64,000 nt of DNA, taken from positions 138,260,001 to 138,324,000 of the forward strand of contig NC_042998.1 in the NCBI RefSeq assembly GCF_006345805.1. Reading direction: 5' to 3'. Below, one piece after another: positions 14,041 through 27,187 of the stretch. Position numbers and translations under genes: made by a program. Source of the DNA: Octopus sinensis. Taxonomy: Eukaryota. The notes below the pieces were generated by a model that saw only the letters and a program-made list of their open reading frames with translations, ran no database searches and was not told where the DNA came from. Each line of letters opens with the position of its first letter. Within the stretch, counting starts at the first letter, position 1.

Positions 14041-15794
14041 GAATCAAAACGTTGACGCACTCATAGCTTACGTCATGCCTGGAAGTGCACCTTTATATTT
14101 CAACATGGTTGAAACAAATTATTTGAAGCGTTCGGGGAAAGAAAAAATATTAAAAGAAAAGAAAAAATAGTAAAATATATCGCATTGAATAAAAAAATTT
14201 AATGTTCACTTCAAAAGCTGAAGAACTTGGCCGTAGCGATTTTCTGACTCCTCAAACATTCTCCAATAAACTCTAACTGTAGCATTGGTTCATTCTAAAC
14301 ATTCAGTTACTTACAGGATGTGAAAAACAAACGTGTGAGAAGTTTATGATAAGTAGTTTACATGTGTCAGTCGCTGAAAGTTAATTTGGAACTGCAATTC
14401 TTAATCTAAGAAAACTTTCATGGTTCTAGGGAGAAATTTGGGGATTCCAGTGGGGAAATTGTTTTTCTAGGTTAAAAATTCTCTATCACAGTGTTATTTA
14501 TTTTTGTTTAGGAGCCTAACGTCAAAGTAACAAAGCTAATGTTAAATTAGTATAAGGCTTCTAACGTTATACAATAAATTACGTTGTATACAATACTACT
14601 TCCTCTTTGGAAGTAGATATTGGAAACATCGGGATTGTGGACAGGTAAAGAAAATTAATACAGTCAAAAGGTTTAAAACACCAATTCAGAAAGTGCTATA
14701 TAAAAACAAAGATACCAAATATAAACAACAAGCAATTTTAAACAATAGTATTATGCCTCCGGGAACGATAATGAAAAAAGTACTAAATAACTGCAAAACT
14801 ATTTCATAACAAAAGAACAAGGCTTGAAGTTTGGGGAAGTTACTCGATTATGCTAACTCCAGTGCTTCACTAGTACTTTGTTTTATTGAACCCAGAGGGA
14901 TGAAAGTTCTTCGTGAAATTTCAACTCTGAACATAATGAGCTGGAGGAACTAACAGTGCTCTAAAGAGTCTACCATGCCATCGACTTAAGGCAAAATACT
15001 AAACAACACTGATAATTAGAAGAAAATTATTGCTAGATTTTTAGAAAAAGGTTTAAACAGTGTACATACATGAAAATTTTAAAGGTTTCAAGTGATGTTG
15101 AATCCTTAAACATTCACAGTATTTAAAAATGTTTTAAATTAAAATTTTAAACATGCTTTCTTTGCAAGTTCATTGATCATCATATGAATAGCAGTCTCGG
15201 TCATAAAAAAAACCATGGACTAGACCTGTTGTTCATGCGGATACTCATTTGGTGTGAAGGTGGGTGATTAATGTGTTCTGCTCATAATACCAGTTTTTCT
15301 ACTTGTAGAATTATATGTTTACTAAGTCACTGGAATGTAAGAGCTGCAAGGAGAGAGGGCAGCACTTAGGAGACAGCTTTCCATTAATGACGCCAAAAAA
15401 CAAAAATATGCCTGTACATGTTTTGTGTAGCAGCAATCGGATTTTCACTCCTCTCTGCATGAAAATTGAAGTTTCTATGAAACTATTCTCATGTATGGTC
15501 TCTGTTAACCACATATTTATACATATATGAACAGGTCTGATCAAGATTGTTTTAAGGAAGACAGGAAGTTGTCCATATATTCAAGTTCCTCCTTCTGCAT
15601 GGTACCGATATTTGTCTAAGGGACAGACCACCGACTTGGGCTAACACAACTTGCCACTGTTCTATCATCACTGATGTTGCTGTCAGAACGTAAAGAGATA
15701 GAACAGACAGCGCAGAGCATCTCATCCGATCCTCTTACAGTATCGCCAATCTTTCGCTTTGGATTGTTAAATTCTTTTATCGATTTCTTATTTC

Positions 15795-16140
15795 TTTATT
15801 GCCCACAAGGAGACAAATAAGGACAGACAAAGGGATTAAGCCGATTACATGGACCCCAGTGCGTAACTGGTACTTAATTTATCGACCCCGAAAGGATGAA
15901 AGGCAAAGTCGACCACGGCGGAATTTGAACCCAGAACGCAAACGAAAAACCGCTAAACATTTCGCCCGGCTTGCTAGCGTTTCTGCCAGCTCGCCGCCTT
16001 TTTTTTTTTACCGATTTCTAAAGAAGGAAAGGCAAAGTTGACTGAGGTGGAATTTGAGCTTGCAATATAGAGAAATAGAAACAAATACCACTAGGTATTC
16101 TATCCAACATTCTATTGACTCGACCAATTCGCCGCCTTAA
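15795..16140 (-). mobile_element. Two tandem Meta-domain-like SINE copies (family D)
   Basis: Minus strand GGCGGCGAGCTGGCAGAA...GGTTCAAATTCC...GCCTTTCATCCTTTCGGGGTCGATAAATTAAGTACC. Confidence 0.85.
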
Positions 16141-16236
16141 ATAATTCATAACTACTTGAAATTATCTCTCTTCTTTAAGAATAGCTAACAATTGCTGCCA
16201 GATTGAGTTGTTCTTTCTCCAGCTAAGTGGCAATTT

Positions 16237-16342
16237 TCAGCTGATTGCGAATCGTTTGCGTGCTTCATTCAGTATATCATCATCTATCTGAATCATAAGT
16301 TTATACAGTTGTGTCACACAATTCACTTGGACGACACGAAAC
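16237..16342 (-). CDS. Candidate terminal coding exon of an unidentified host gene: (W)FRVVQVNCVTQLYKLMIQIDDDILNEARKRFAIS*
   Basis: Acceptor aatatttcag|G, non-repetitive sequence. Its phase-2 start matches the phase-2 end of the exon at 42340-42442 (TG|G = Trp). Confidence 0.55.
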
Positions 16343-17131
16343 CTGAAATATTGTTTCAACACATCACTAAACCTCGTAAACTTACTAAGAATAAAACTTA
16401 AATATAGACAAGCATTGAAAGGATATTTCATTTGGATATTTTCGCCCGGTTGTAGCCAGCATGGTGACCACAGAATACAAAGAACAAAAGCTTCTAACGG
16501 TAAGTGAAGTCATGAAACTTCCTCGTAATTTCTGCGACGACAACCTCAGCTGCTATCAAAGAATAGTGGTCCGAAGACAATTGCCAAATTTAGCACTGCG
16601 TTAAATATGAAGATTTGCATAGTTTCTTCTTCTCTTCACACATTTCTGTTACACTCCAACCACCACCAACACCACCTGCCTTTCTACACATTCTCCCAAT
16701 ATACTAAAAAGAAGTCATAAATATAATTATAGAAGAAAGACAGTGGAAACTTGCTACGATGTAAGTAAAAGCGAAGAAATTGCCTTAAGAATATTGCACT
16801 TTCTCTTTTAAAATCATAACTCACACAACCTCATACATATGAGAAGAAAATTGCAATTCACTGAGAGAGAATCAATATTCTGTTTGGCGAATCCTGGCGA
16901 GTTCTCATTTTGAGACAAGACTTCCTGCCAACAACCACACGCTGATTAAAGGTCATGTGACGCCGCCTTAGTTCGCTGTGCTGCTTTTATTGAATTTTAT
17001 GTATATCTTCGAAATTATCTATCCATGTAGCCAACTGTCCACCGATTTATCTCTCTCTCCCTCTCTCTCTCTCTTTCTATCTTTCTCTCCTCTTTCTTTG
17101 TCTCTTTGTACACATACACACACACGCACGC

Positions 17132-17163
<32 letters not shown>

Positions 17164-17625
17164 ATACGAACGCAAATATATGTATATATGAATAATAATA
17201 TCATATATATGTTTACATATCCATACATCTTATAATTTATCCACCTTTTTATCCATCACGTTCCTTCCTTCCTTTCTCTCTTCCTTCATTCATTTCTTCC
17301 TTCCTCGCTTCCATCTTTCCTTCCTTCCACTCTGGATCCAGGATTAATCAGACTATCAAACAAGAGAATGCATGAGCAAAAATTATCCAGACACGCCTGC
17401 TGTATAACAAATTAATAGTAAAGTGTACGCTAGCATACTTGATTTAGTAAGTTTTAAAATTATAATTAATTAAAAACTGCTGGTGATCGAAACAACCATC
17501 CATTAAATAACTAATTCTGGGTGGAGTGGGGGAAAACAGGACGAGACACCCACGAAACATTGGTAAATTAAATACAGAAGGAAAGCCATGTGAAATAAGT
17601 CTGAACCTTACCAGTGAGATAACAA

Positions 17626-17665
17626 TTCTAGATATATTTCGATCTTATGAGACCTTATCAACGAA
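17626..17665 (-). ncRNA. Decayed minimal type I hammerhead-like motif
   Basis: Minus strand ttcg-TTGATAA-GGTCT-cata-AGATC-GAAATATATC-tagaa. The core carries two substitutions. Confidence 0.35.
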
Positions 17666-17889
17666 GTATCATCTAGCTGTGATTATTAGATCTTAGAACG
17701 ATAGAGAGATAGAGAGATGTAAGTTTTCTGTGAATAAAGTCAGAGGCAGTGTTAAATAAAGCAATGACTTTGCTTACAACATCAATCGCGTCACAACCTC
17801 CCCAGCTTTATTAAATAAAACGCCGACAAAGTTAATAGAAACCTATTTATCATTTGTGTGATTGGAATGTTAGTCTCTTATTCCTTATG

Positions 17890-17902
17890 ATTATTATTAT
17901 TA

Positions 17903-17950
<48 letters not shown>
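17890..17950. repeat. (TTA)n microsatellite forming the LINE tail or target
   Basis: Read directly from the sequence. Confidence 0.95.
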
Positions 17951-17952
<2 letters not shown>

Positions 17953-20900
17953 GTTTGACTTTTGCTTTATGTCTGTACAAGTTGGCTCCAAGTCTCACCC
18001 AGAGACCTCAAGAGACAACAGGTTGGAATTTCACGTTGTTGTTATGCCTAGTGTGACATATATTTGGGGGTTTTTTTTGTGTTGTACTAGTGAATGTCTA
18101 ATACATAAATTTAAAAAAAAAAGTTTGTTTTAAACCTGGGATTACATAGAGAGTATTTTGCGTAGGATATAAGCAGTTCCTATGAGCACTATCTTTTGAA
18201 TTTCTGCCATTTTGGGGTTTCCTGGTATCTGAGTTAGGTAGCAATCAGCCCCTTTCGCTATCATTCCCAGGGCACCTATGACAACAGGTATTGTTTTAGT
18301 CTTCAGGTTCCACATTTTGCGGATTTCTATTTCAAGATCTTTATATTTGCTCAGTTTTTGGTAGGTCTTGACAGATACGTTTATATCGATTGGGACAGTC
18401 ATATCAACGAGGAGGCATGTTCTTTGTCTGAAGTCTTTCAATATGATGTCTGGCCTATTTGCATCTATCTTTCTGTCAGTTTGAATGGTGAAGTTCCAGG
18501 GGAGTGAGATGTGGTCATTTTCAAGCACTGGAGGTGGATTGTGTTTCCACCAGTTTTTTTCATGGAGCAAATCCAGGTTTTTGCAAATTACCCAGTGAAT
18601 ATATTGTGCAGCTCTATCATGCCTGTTGAGGTACTCTGTAGGCGCTAGAAGACTGCATTTGGAGACAACATGATCAATGGTTTCATTTTGTTGTCGGCAT
18701 ACACGATATGTTGGGCTACAGCCGTTCTTTAATATGTTGGCCTGGTAGTTTCTTGTTGGTAGGCATTGATCTTGAGCTGCTATGATAAACCCTTCTGTTT
18801 CAGATTTTAAGCCAGAGGCCATTAGCCATTGATAGATCAGGGCTTTGTCAATATCTGCATTATTCACTCTCTTTGGGTATTTGCCATGGAGAGGTTTTTC
18901 TTGCCATTTATTATTCAGAATATCTAAGGCCGCAGTTTTGGCACAGGTTTTCATGCGCCTAGCTTTTTCTGTGCTTGTTTCTTGTATGTCTATCTCTAAT
19001 TCTGAAATTTGTTGTATTCAGAATTCACTTAGATATTCCTTTGCCTGTTTTGTTACTGAGTATGATGCTTTCTTGTTTTCATGTTTTGAGACAAGTTTTA
19101 ACATCCAGTCCTCAGACTTTTTCAGGTAAGTGTCTAGGCCAATTGTAGCAATCTTCATTGTTATTGCCAGTTGCAGAAGACCACGGCCTCCCTCTTTTCT
19201 TGGCAGATAAAGTCGTTCTGTATCTGCCTTAGGGTGGTGCATTCTATGCATTGTCAACAGTTTTCTTATTTTTCTGTCGAGCTGACATATTTCAGTAATT
19301 GACCAGTTAACAATATTGAAACTGTAAGTCACGACTGGTATGGCTAATGCATTGATCGCTTCGATCCTGTTTCTTGCATTCAGCTCTGTCTTGAGTATTG
19401 CTCTCACTCTTCGATAGCATTCTCTCCTGTTCCTTTCCTTCATCTCTGAATGCCTTATTCCGTTCCCTTCAATTACCCCTAGGTACTTGTAGCTCTCCGC
19501 TGGGTCTAGTCCTTTTATGACATTCTGCTGGTCAAGGTTAACGTTAGATGCTTCTGTCATTTTTCCTTTGATAAAGGTAGCTTTTGCACATTTATCGAGG
19601 CCGAATTGCATTCTGATGTCGTCACTGAATTGCTTAACTATCGCTAGTAAGCCCTTGAGTTGTTGGTCATTTTTTGCAAAAAGCTTTAAATCATCCATGT
19701 AAATGAGATGATTTATATTTTTATCAAACATTTTATACCCGTACTGCGCGTCATTGAGCAGTTTTGAGAGAGGTATTAAGGCTAAACAAAAGAGGAGTGG
19801 TGACAGTGTGTCACCCTGGAAAATGCCACACGAAATTTTTACATCACCAGCATTTAGGGATTCATTGTCACTGTTCAGAGTTAGTGTGGTTCTCCATGAT
19901 CTCATACTTACAGTCAAAAAGTTTCGCAGAGTAGGTGCTATCTTATACATTTCCAGGCATTTCCTAATCCAGCTATGTGGTAGTCTATCAAAAGCCTTTT
20001 TATAGTCTATCCAGGCTATTGATAAGTTTTTGTGTCGTTTGTGACAATCTTCTAAGATCATCTTATTGATGAGTAATTGATCTTTACAGCCGTAGGATCC
20101 ACGTTTACATCATTTCTGTTCATTAGGGAATATGCTGCTGTCTGTTAAAAAAACTATAAGTATATTCCGTCAGGACAGATGTTAGCGTTTTGTACATAGT
20201 TGTTAAGCAGGTTTTGGGTCTATAGTTTTTTGGTTCATTTGTTTCTTCACTTTTTGGAAGCAGGAATGTTAACCCATTAACTAGCCAAGGAGGCATCCTA
20301 CTAGGGTGTTGCAAAACATCATTGTACAGTTCTGTTAGCAGGTCATGGCTCTCTGGGAAGGCATTCAGCCAGAAGTTAGGAATTTTATCCTTTCCTGGAG
20401 ACTTCCATTTGCTTGACCTCCTGAGAGCAGATCTTATATCTTCTACCTTGACACCCTCCCACTTTTGCTCTTCTAACGGGTCCAGTTCTGTAGATATTCT
20501 GTCAATCCAGGGGGACTTTTCGTTGTGTGTTTTTTCTTCTGCCCAAATTTTATTCCAAAATCCCTGCACTTCTTTTGATGGTACAGACCTTGCAGTAAAT
20601 GCTGTTTTTCCTATCTTCCTGTAAAAATTCTTGCGGTTATTTTTGAACATGTTGTCCTTGAAAAATCTAACACGCTTTTCATACCTCGCTATGCGGGCAG
20701 CTTTGGCAGATACCTTTTGTTTGATGGTTTCTATGGTAGCATCAATATCAAGTATAGTTTTCATATTGTATTTTTTCAGCAATTTTGGGGTTTTTGTAGG
20801 TTAGGTAGTCTTGTGAACCTTAAGGTTTTTCAAATATTCAATGTCAGATCTAAATAGTTTAATTTGTTGTTGCAGACGCTCTTGCCAAGGAGGCTTTTTG

Positions 20901-21055
20901 TGGGAATGTTGCCGTTTTCTAATCTTTACACAACATAGGATCGTTGAGATTTTCGCGGATGCATAGTATAGGTGGTTGAGATTTGTGATATCAACATCAT
21001 TAGCTGAAATTATATCCTTAAGTGCAAGCCGGATTTTACCAATTATTTTACCAAT
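17951..21055 (-). mobile_element. 5'-truncated R4/Dong-like non-LTR retrotransposon (RT plus restriction-like endonuclease), lightly disabled
   Basis: ORFs 20801-21082, 20123-20782, 19018-20061 and 18142-18954 join into one frame after about 2 frameshifts and 2 TGA codons. Motifs: [52 protein letters not shown], zinc knuckle (Y)RVC...H...C, RHD, RPD...D, KY. Flanked by (TAA)n at both ends. Confidence 0.95.
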
Positions 21056-21078
21056 TATTATTATTATTATTATTATTA

Positions 21079-21111
<33 letters not shown>

Positions 21112-21134
21112 TATTATTATTATTATTATTGTTA

Positions 21135-21173
<39 letters not shown>

Positions 21174-21212
21174 TTGTTGTTGTGTTATTTTTGTTTTTGT
21201 TGTTGTTGTTGC

Positions 21213-21242
<30 letters not shown>

Positions 21243-21243
<1 letters not shown>

Positions 21244-21800
21244 GAGTGAGAGAGCAGTTCATGCCATCAAAGTGACACTGGGGTAAAATATACGAAGCCC
21301 AATATATCCATCATGACTACCCGTCTGATAAGGGTACACCAGGCACATGCATCACAACCATATGTGCGCGACATGGTGATCTCATATCAAGATAAACAGC
21401 ACATGACTTTGCAGGTGGGGCCCAGTTAGAATTTTCTTCAGGTTGAGTAGCCCATCCCGCTCAAAAGGTCCCCGAATAAGGGTTGTTTAATGATGTTGAA
21501 AGAACCACCCATGTTTCCAGAGGTGAATTATTCAAACCCCAAAGAATCCCTCTCAACACATGGCTATGATGCTCCCCCACTACTTCTGCTCGTGATCAGA
21601 GATGCACATATCGTCAGCCACTAAGGGACATGCTCAACTGGTTAAAGTCAAACAACTGACAAGCAAATCTGTGGTATTGAGCAGATTATTTGCTGTAGCC
21701 CATCTTTTATACCAAGACAAAACAATGTACATGATAACACTTCCAATCAGTTAAGATCAGAAGCCATGAGAGCCACTGCCTGGTACTGCATCAGGGCATT
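21243..21800 (-). mobile_element. Non-coding interspersed repeat (family F) embedded in (TAA)n
   Basis: About 560 bp of complex sequence bounded on both sides by (TAT)n, with a second partial copy at 4297-4460. Orientation is inferred. Confidence 0.7.
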
Positions 21801-21812
21801 TATTATTTATTA

Positions 21813-21898
<86 letters not shown>

Positions 21899-21924
21899 CA
21901 TTATTATTATTATTATTATTATTA

Positions 21925-24100
21925 ATGTTGATTGGAGTTATGTTTACAGAGGGTTTGTACTGTCTTTCAAGTCACAAGGGCCTCAGACATACAGTACTTA
22001 ACGCAATATGCGTGCAAGGTACAAGTAATGCCGATTTTTGTTATACACCTAGATTTTAGGGTATTTCTAAAATTTCCAGTTGTTTCTTCAGGTTGAGTGG
22101 TATTGAACCCAATGCTCCGATGACAACATGGACAACCTTTATGTTTGACTCTTGTAGCTGCCACATCTTGGCCATCTCAATTGTTAGGTATCCATATTTA
22201 TCAATCATGTCTCTTTCTTTCATGATATGTTGATATCCTGGTACTTCCACGTCGATTATTAGGCACTTGTTTGTCCCTCATAAAGGTTACTTTGTCCGGC
22301 CTTCGGTGCTCTAACACTTTGTATGGAAGTCAAAGTCCCAGAGGATTTTGCCTTCCCCTTTTCGTCCATTACTTTTTCTGGTGTATATTGGCACCAAGCA
22401 CCCGTTACCTCGTATCCATAGTTCCGGCATAGTAGCCAGTGAAGGTTTTGCGCTACCTTGTCGGGTCTGCGCTTGTACTCTGCACAAGAATTTCACAAGC
22501 ACCCAACAATGTAAGTCTCGCTTTCGATCCTCTTCTCACACATTCTGCATAGGTTCGTTGCTCTTGTGTGGTATATATTCCTTTTCACTGAGTTGGTATT
22601 CAATGCCTGATCCTGGGCAGCGATGATTAGGCTTTCAGTATTCTTTTTTAGGTCACCCTTGCTCAACCACCTCCATGATGCTTCCTAGTCTTTTAAGTTG
22701 TTAGATTCACGGTGGAACTGACCATGTAATTCCATGCGGAGTAGAGGGTCTTCTCTCTCGTTGGCTATCCGTGATCGGAATTGATTAGCACTTTCAAGTC
22801 CAGTTTTGGTAAATCCTTCTGCATTAGAAGCATACTGCAGCAGGTCTTGTTTGCTATTTATCAAATATTTTGCCATGTTTCTCCTTTCACTGTTGATGCA
22901 CTCCTGATCAGCCCACGTCCACCATTACACCTCTTCATGTAAAGCCTGTGTACGTTCGCCTTAGGGCGGAGGGCACCACACAGTGTCATCGTCTTTCGGA
23001 TAGTGCGATCAAGTTGGTTAATCTCCGCCCGTGTCCATTTCAGGATGGGTGCACATATGTTGATGGCAGTCACGAGGTTCTTTGAGTTGAGTTTTGATTT
23101 CAAGAGACGTTTAAAGCGCTTCAAATATGCAGTGATTACCTTGTCTTTCATTTCTCTGTGCAAGATATTGTCAATCTCCAGGATCCCAAGGTACTTGTAC
23201 CCATCATCATCCGGGTCTTCCATTCTCTCTGCGTTTGGCAATTCTATGCCCTTACAATCTGCTTTTTTCCTCCGAGATACCGAATTCCATCCCTATATCC
23301 TTGCTGCACATCTGCACAGTCTCAGCCAGCCTCTCCATTTTAGGCTCTGTTTTTGCGAACAGTTTTTAATCATCTATGAAGAGGAAGTGATTGAGACGAG
23401 GTCCATTCTTTCTCAGCTCATAGTGTGCATTGACTTTGCATAGGACTACAGAAAGTGGGATCAAGGCTACAACAAATAACAAAGGCGAACAATTCTCCCT
23501 GGAAGATACCTCTTTTGATTGTTACCTCGGTTAAGTGCTGGTTGTTACAGGAAAGACGTGTTTTCCAACTAGGTATGCTGTTCTTAATCAGTGCACACAC
23601 GTTCTCAGCTATTCCACACATGTCGAGTGCTTCCAAAATTCACAATTACGTCAACATATCATAAGCCTTTTTAAAGTCCCTCCAGGCAATGAACAAGTTT
23701 TTTGCTACCATTTGCAGTTCTTTATAACTTTGTCTATCACAAGGTGGTCTTTGATGCCTTTGGATCCTTTTCGACATCCCTTTTCTTTCTACTGGAAATA
23801 GATTGTTTTCTGCAAGGAACGTATATATGTTCTCTGCGAGGATGCCTGTTAATTCTTTCCGTAAGGGGTTAAGACAAGCAATGGGTCGATAATTGCCAAC
23901 CTCATTGCTCTTAGACAGATCTTTCATCAACAATGCCTTTCGCTCTACAATCCATTCCGGAACTGCATCACTCTGTAGGCAATTATCTAATTGCAACGCA
24001 ATTCGCTTGTATGTTGACCCAAACAACTTGAGCCAGTAACCTTGAATTCCGTCTGGTCCTGTCGCTTTTCCAGATTGGCAGTTTTGATACCTGCGCAATT
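21925..24100 (-). mobile_element. Second, more decayed R4/Dong-like LINE from a different subfamily
   Basis: Fragments KATGPDGIQGYWLK, NYRPIACLN, DFKKAYD, RGIFQG, YKYLG, RLYMKRCNGGRGL, ILWDF and VVIGALG. Many frameshifts; the 3' end abuts (TAA)n. Confidence 0.9.
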
Positions 24101-24122
24101 ATCATCATCATCATCATCATCA

Positions 24123-24160
<38 letters not shown>

Positions 24161-24212
24161 GTCGTTGTTGTTGTTGTTGTTGTTGTTGTTGTTCTTCTTC
24201 TTCTTCTTCTTC

Positions 24213-24294
<82 letters not shown>

Positions 24295-24353
24295 CATCAT
24301 TATTATTATTATTATTATTTATTATTATTATTGTTATTATTATTATTATTATT
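24100..24353. repeat. Compound trinucleotide microsatellite CAT-CGT-TGT-TCT-TAT
   Basis: Read directly from the sequence. Confidence 0.95.
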
Positions 24354-25112
24354 AAGGTGGCGAGTCGGCAGAATCATTAGTACACCGGGCGAAATGCTTC
24401 GCAGCATTTCGTCCGTCTTTACTTTCTGAGCTCAAATTCCGCTGTGGTCAACTTTGCCTTCCATACATTCGAGGTTGATAAATTAAGTACCAGTGAAACA
24501 CTGGGGTCGATATGATCGACTGTCCCCCTCTCCACAAAATCCAGGCCTTGTGCCTATAGTAGAAAGATTATTATTATTATTAAGGCGGTGAGCTAGCAGA
24601 ATCGTTAGCACGCCGGGAAAAATGCTTAGCGACATTTCGTCCGTCTTTACATTCTTTGTTCAAATGCCGCTGAGGTCGACTTTGCCTTTCGCCCTTTTGG
24701 GATCGATAAAATAAGTACCATATGTAATCGACTTAACTCCTTACCCGAAACTGCTGGTCGGCGAGCTGGCAGAATAGTTAGCACGCCAGGCAAATGCTTA
24801 ACAGTATTTCTTCCGTCTTTACGTTCTGAGTTCAAATGCGCCGAAGTTGACATTATATACACCTCTTTCGGGGTATATATAAATTAAGTACCAGTGAAAT
24901 ACTGGGGCTGATGTAATTAAATAATCCCTCCCACCAAAATTTCAGGCCTTGTGTCTATAGTAGAAAGGATTATTATTATTATTATCTATTAAGACGGTGA
25001 GTTGGTAAAATCGTTAGCACGCCGGACAAAATGCTTAGCGTCACTTCTTGAGTTCAAATTCTGCCGAGGTCGACTTTAGCTCTTATCCATTCGAAGTCGA
25101 TAAAATAAGTGC
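24354..25112 (+). mobile_element. Head-to-tail array of four family D (Meta-like) SINEs
   Basis: Heads at about 24354, 24582, 24760 and 24990. The complete units end in TAGTAGAAAG(G)ATTATTATT tails. Confidence 0.9.
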
Positions 25113-27187
25113 AGGCTTAGCAATAAGATAGATGAAAACAACTTGTCCAAAATTACTATTAATGATTTAGGGGAAATAAGTGTGATAGACAGAGGAAGAA
25201 ACTAGTTCATTTTACTGATCGAACTACAATATAATTAAGGCCTTCGTTTATTAAACGGTTCTACTTGAATGCTCTTCTACTACTTTGATTTTGAAACTAC
25301 TAATTTGTAAAGTACACATTTCATTTATTCTTCTGGTCTTTGATCGAATGTAGAACCAAGTCCAGATCCACACGTTCACAATCTAGACCCGCTAAATCGA
25401 AAAATATTTTTTTTCTTTTCTGCTTCTGTTGTTGTTTAGCCCCAGGTCGATCTTCGTCGAGCAAAACTATGGATGAAAGGTGTCCCAGTGGTGACGATCT
25501 TGTTCGTTTTAGGTTTATCTAGAACGATGTTACATAATGTGCCTCGTTTCGTTGTAGTTTTTTAAAAACAGAAGGGAGGAATTTTAGGAAAATGCACTGC
25601 TATTTCCAGCCGGAGTATGTCGATATAAAGGCGTTTCTTTCCTTCACTCGTTGTTGTTGTTGATGCTGTTGTTGTTGTTGTTGTTCGTCGTCTTCTTCTT
25701 CTTCTTCTTCTTCTTCTTCTCTTCTTCTTCTTCTTCTTCTTCTTCTTCTTCTTCTTCTTCTTCTTCTTCTTCTTCTTCTTCTTCTTCTTTTTTACCCTCT
25801 CACCCACATTCTTCTTTATATCTTCATCATCATCATCATCAAACCGACCGCCACCCTCACCGCTACTACCACCATCACCACCACCACCACCGACACCACC
25901 AAAACCATCACCATCACCTTCATCATCGTTATTATCATCGTCGTCGTCATCACCACTACTACCCGTCTGTTCCTCCCTCTCTTCCCCGTCGCGTCGTTCT
26001 CCTCCTCATCTTCATTATCGTCATCATCATTGTCACCACCACTCCCACCACACTCTTCCTCCACCATCACCATCCTTTTTTTTTTTGATATTTTTGTATG
26101 ATTCACGTCCGTTCCATTTAAATCTAATAGGTTTCGCTATTAGGAAAAATGATCACACTTCCATTAACTTCAATATTTTAATGACATAAAACTTTCGTGT
26201 CTTGAACCAGGATTTTAAGATTTCCTCCGATCAGTAAACCTATATCTATTTACTAGCAAGCTGTTTTATATTTACCGATCAATAACTAGATTAATCAACA
26301 ACGAATTGAGTTTCATTGTATTAAGAAAGTTTTATTTTCAGAACGGAAGTGATACTTACTTTAAGATTTTGCAATCTAATTAGCACACCACTTGACAGAC
26401 ATAAGTTGCTAATGATGGTTGCACAGAAGGTGCCACAGACGGTAGATGACTCTCACACGCAGTGTTTGATGTTAAACCGAGGAAGAAAAATTTTTTATGA
26501 CACCTGAACCTTTTTTTTTATCTTCTTGTGTTTTTCTTTATTTTTCCTTTATGTGTTCCAGCCTTAAGGTTGTAGCCATGTTGGAACATCCACTCTACAT
26601 GAACGTTCCCAAGTTCAGAGTCGAACTCAGGCAGTGTGGGTGAAAGTGAGTTGGGCCTAACTAGGGAATAAAGAGCAGGACCTCCTAGACTGGTCGATTT
26701 AAATGTAGTCAATTACCAGCCTGAGTATCTGCAAATCATTTTCAATAAAAGTAAAAATAAAAGAACAGGAGAACGGACAGTAAGTTATGTCTATAAGGAA
26801 CAGTTGAGTGGATAAGTTAATCGTATTAAATTGTTTTAAATTAGCTTCCCGAAACCTGATGATGATGATGATGATGATGATGATGACGATGATGATGATG
26901 ATTATGATTTATTTTATTTACTACAGGGGCATCAGGTAAGGTGGGCATTACAAAAACCGGTAACAATTTGTGTGGGTATTTACATAAAATTCTACCGCTT
27001 GTTTACGTTCTGATTTCAGATCCCATAACGGTCAACTTGGCATTTCATCCCTTCGGGAACAATAAAATAAGTACCAGTTGAACACTGAGATAGATAATAC
27101 AGTTCTATATTTAAGAGGTGAAGCATTATGTATATTATTTACATTATTTACATTTGACGGATATTTCTCCTCGTCTTGTTTGTTGTT

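Noticed and set aside
15150-15545. Possible hAT transposase C-terminal remnant (MINELAKKAC)
   Set aside because: The similarity is too faint to support by eye.
21740-21800. U2 snRNA or HDV-like ribozyme resemblance at the end of family F
   Set aside because: Only short word matches to U2, and the HDV double-pseudoknot order could not be built.
26360-26503. 144-nt minus-strand exon candidate with a GTAAGT donor
   Set aside because: The acceptor is purine-rich and all three frames contain stops.
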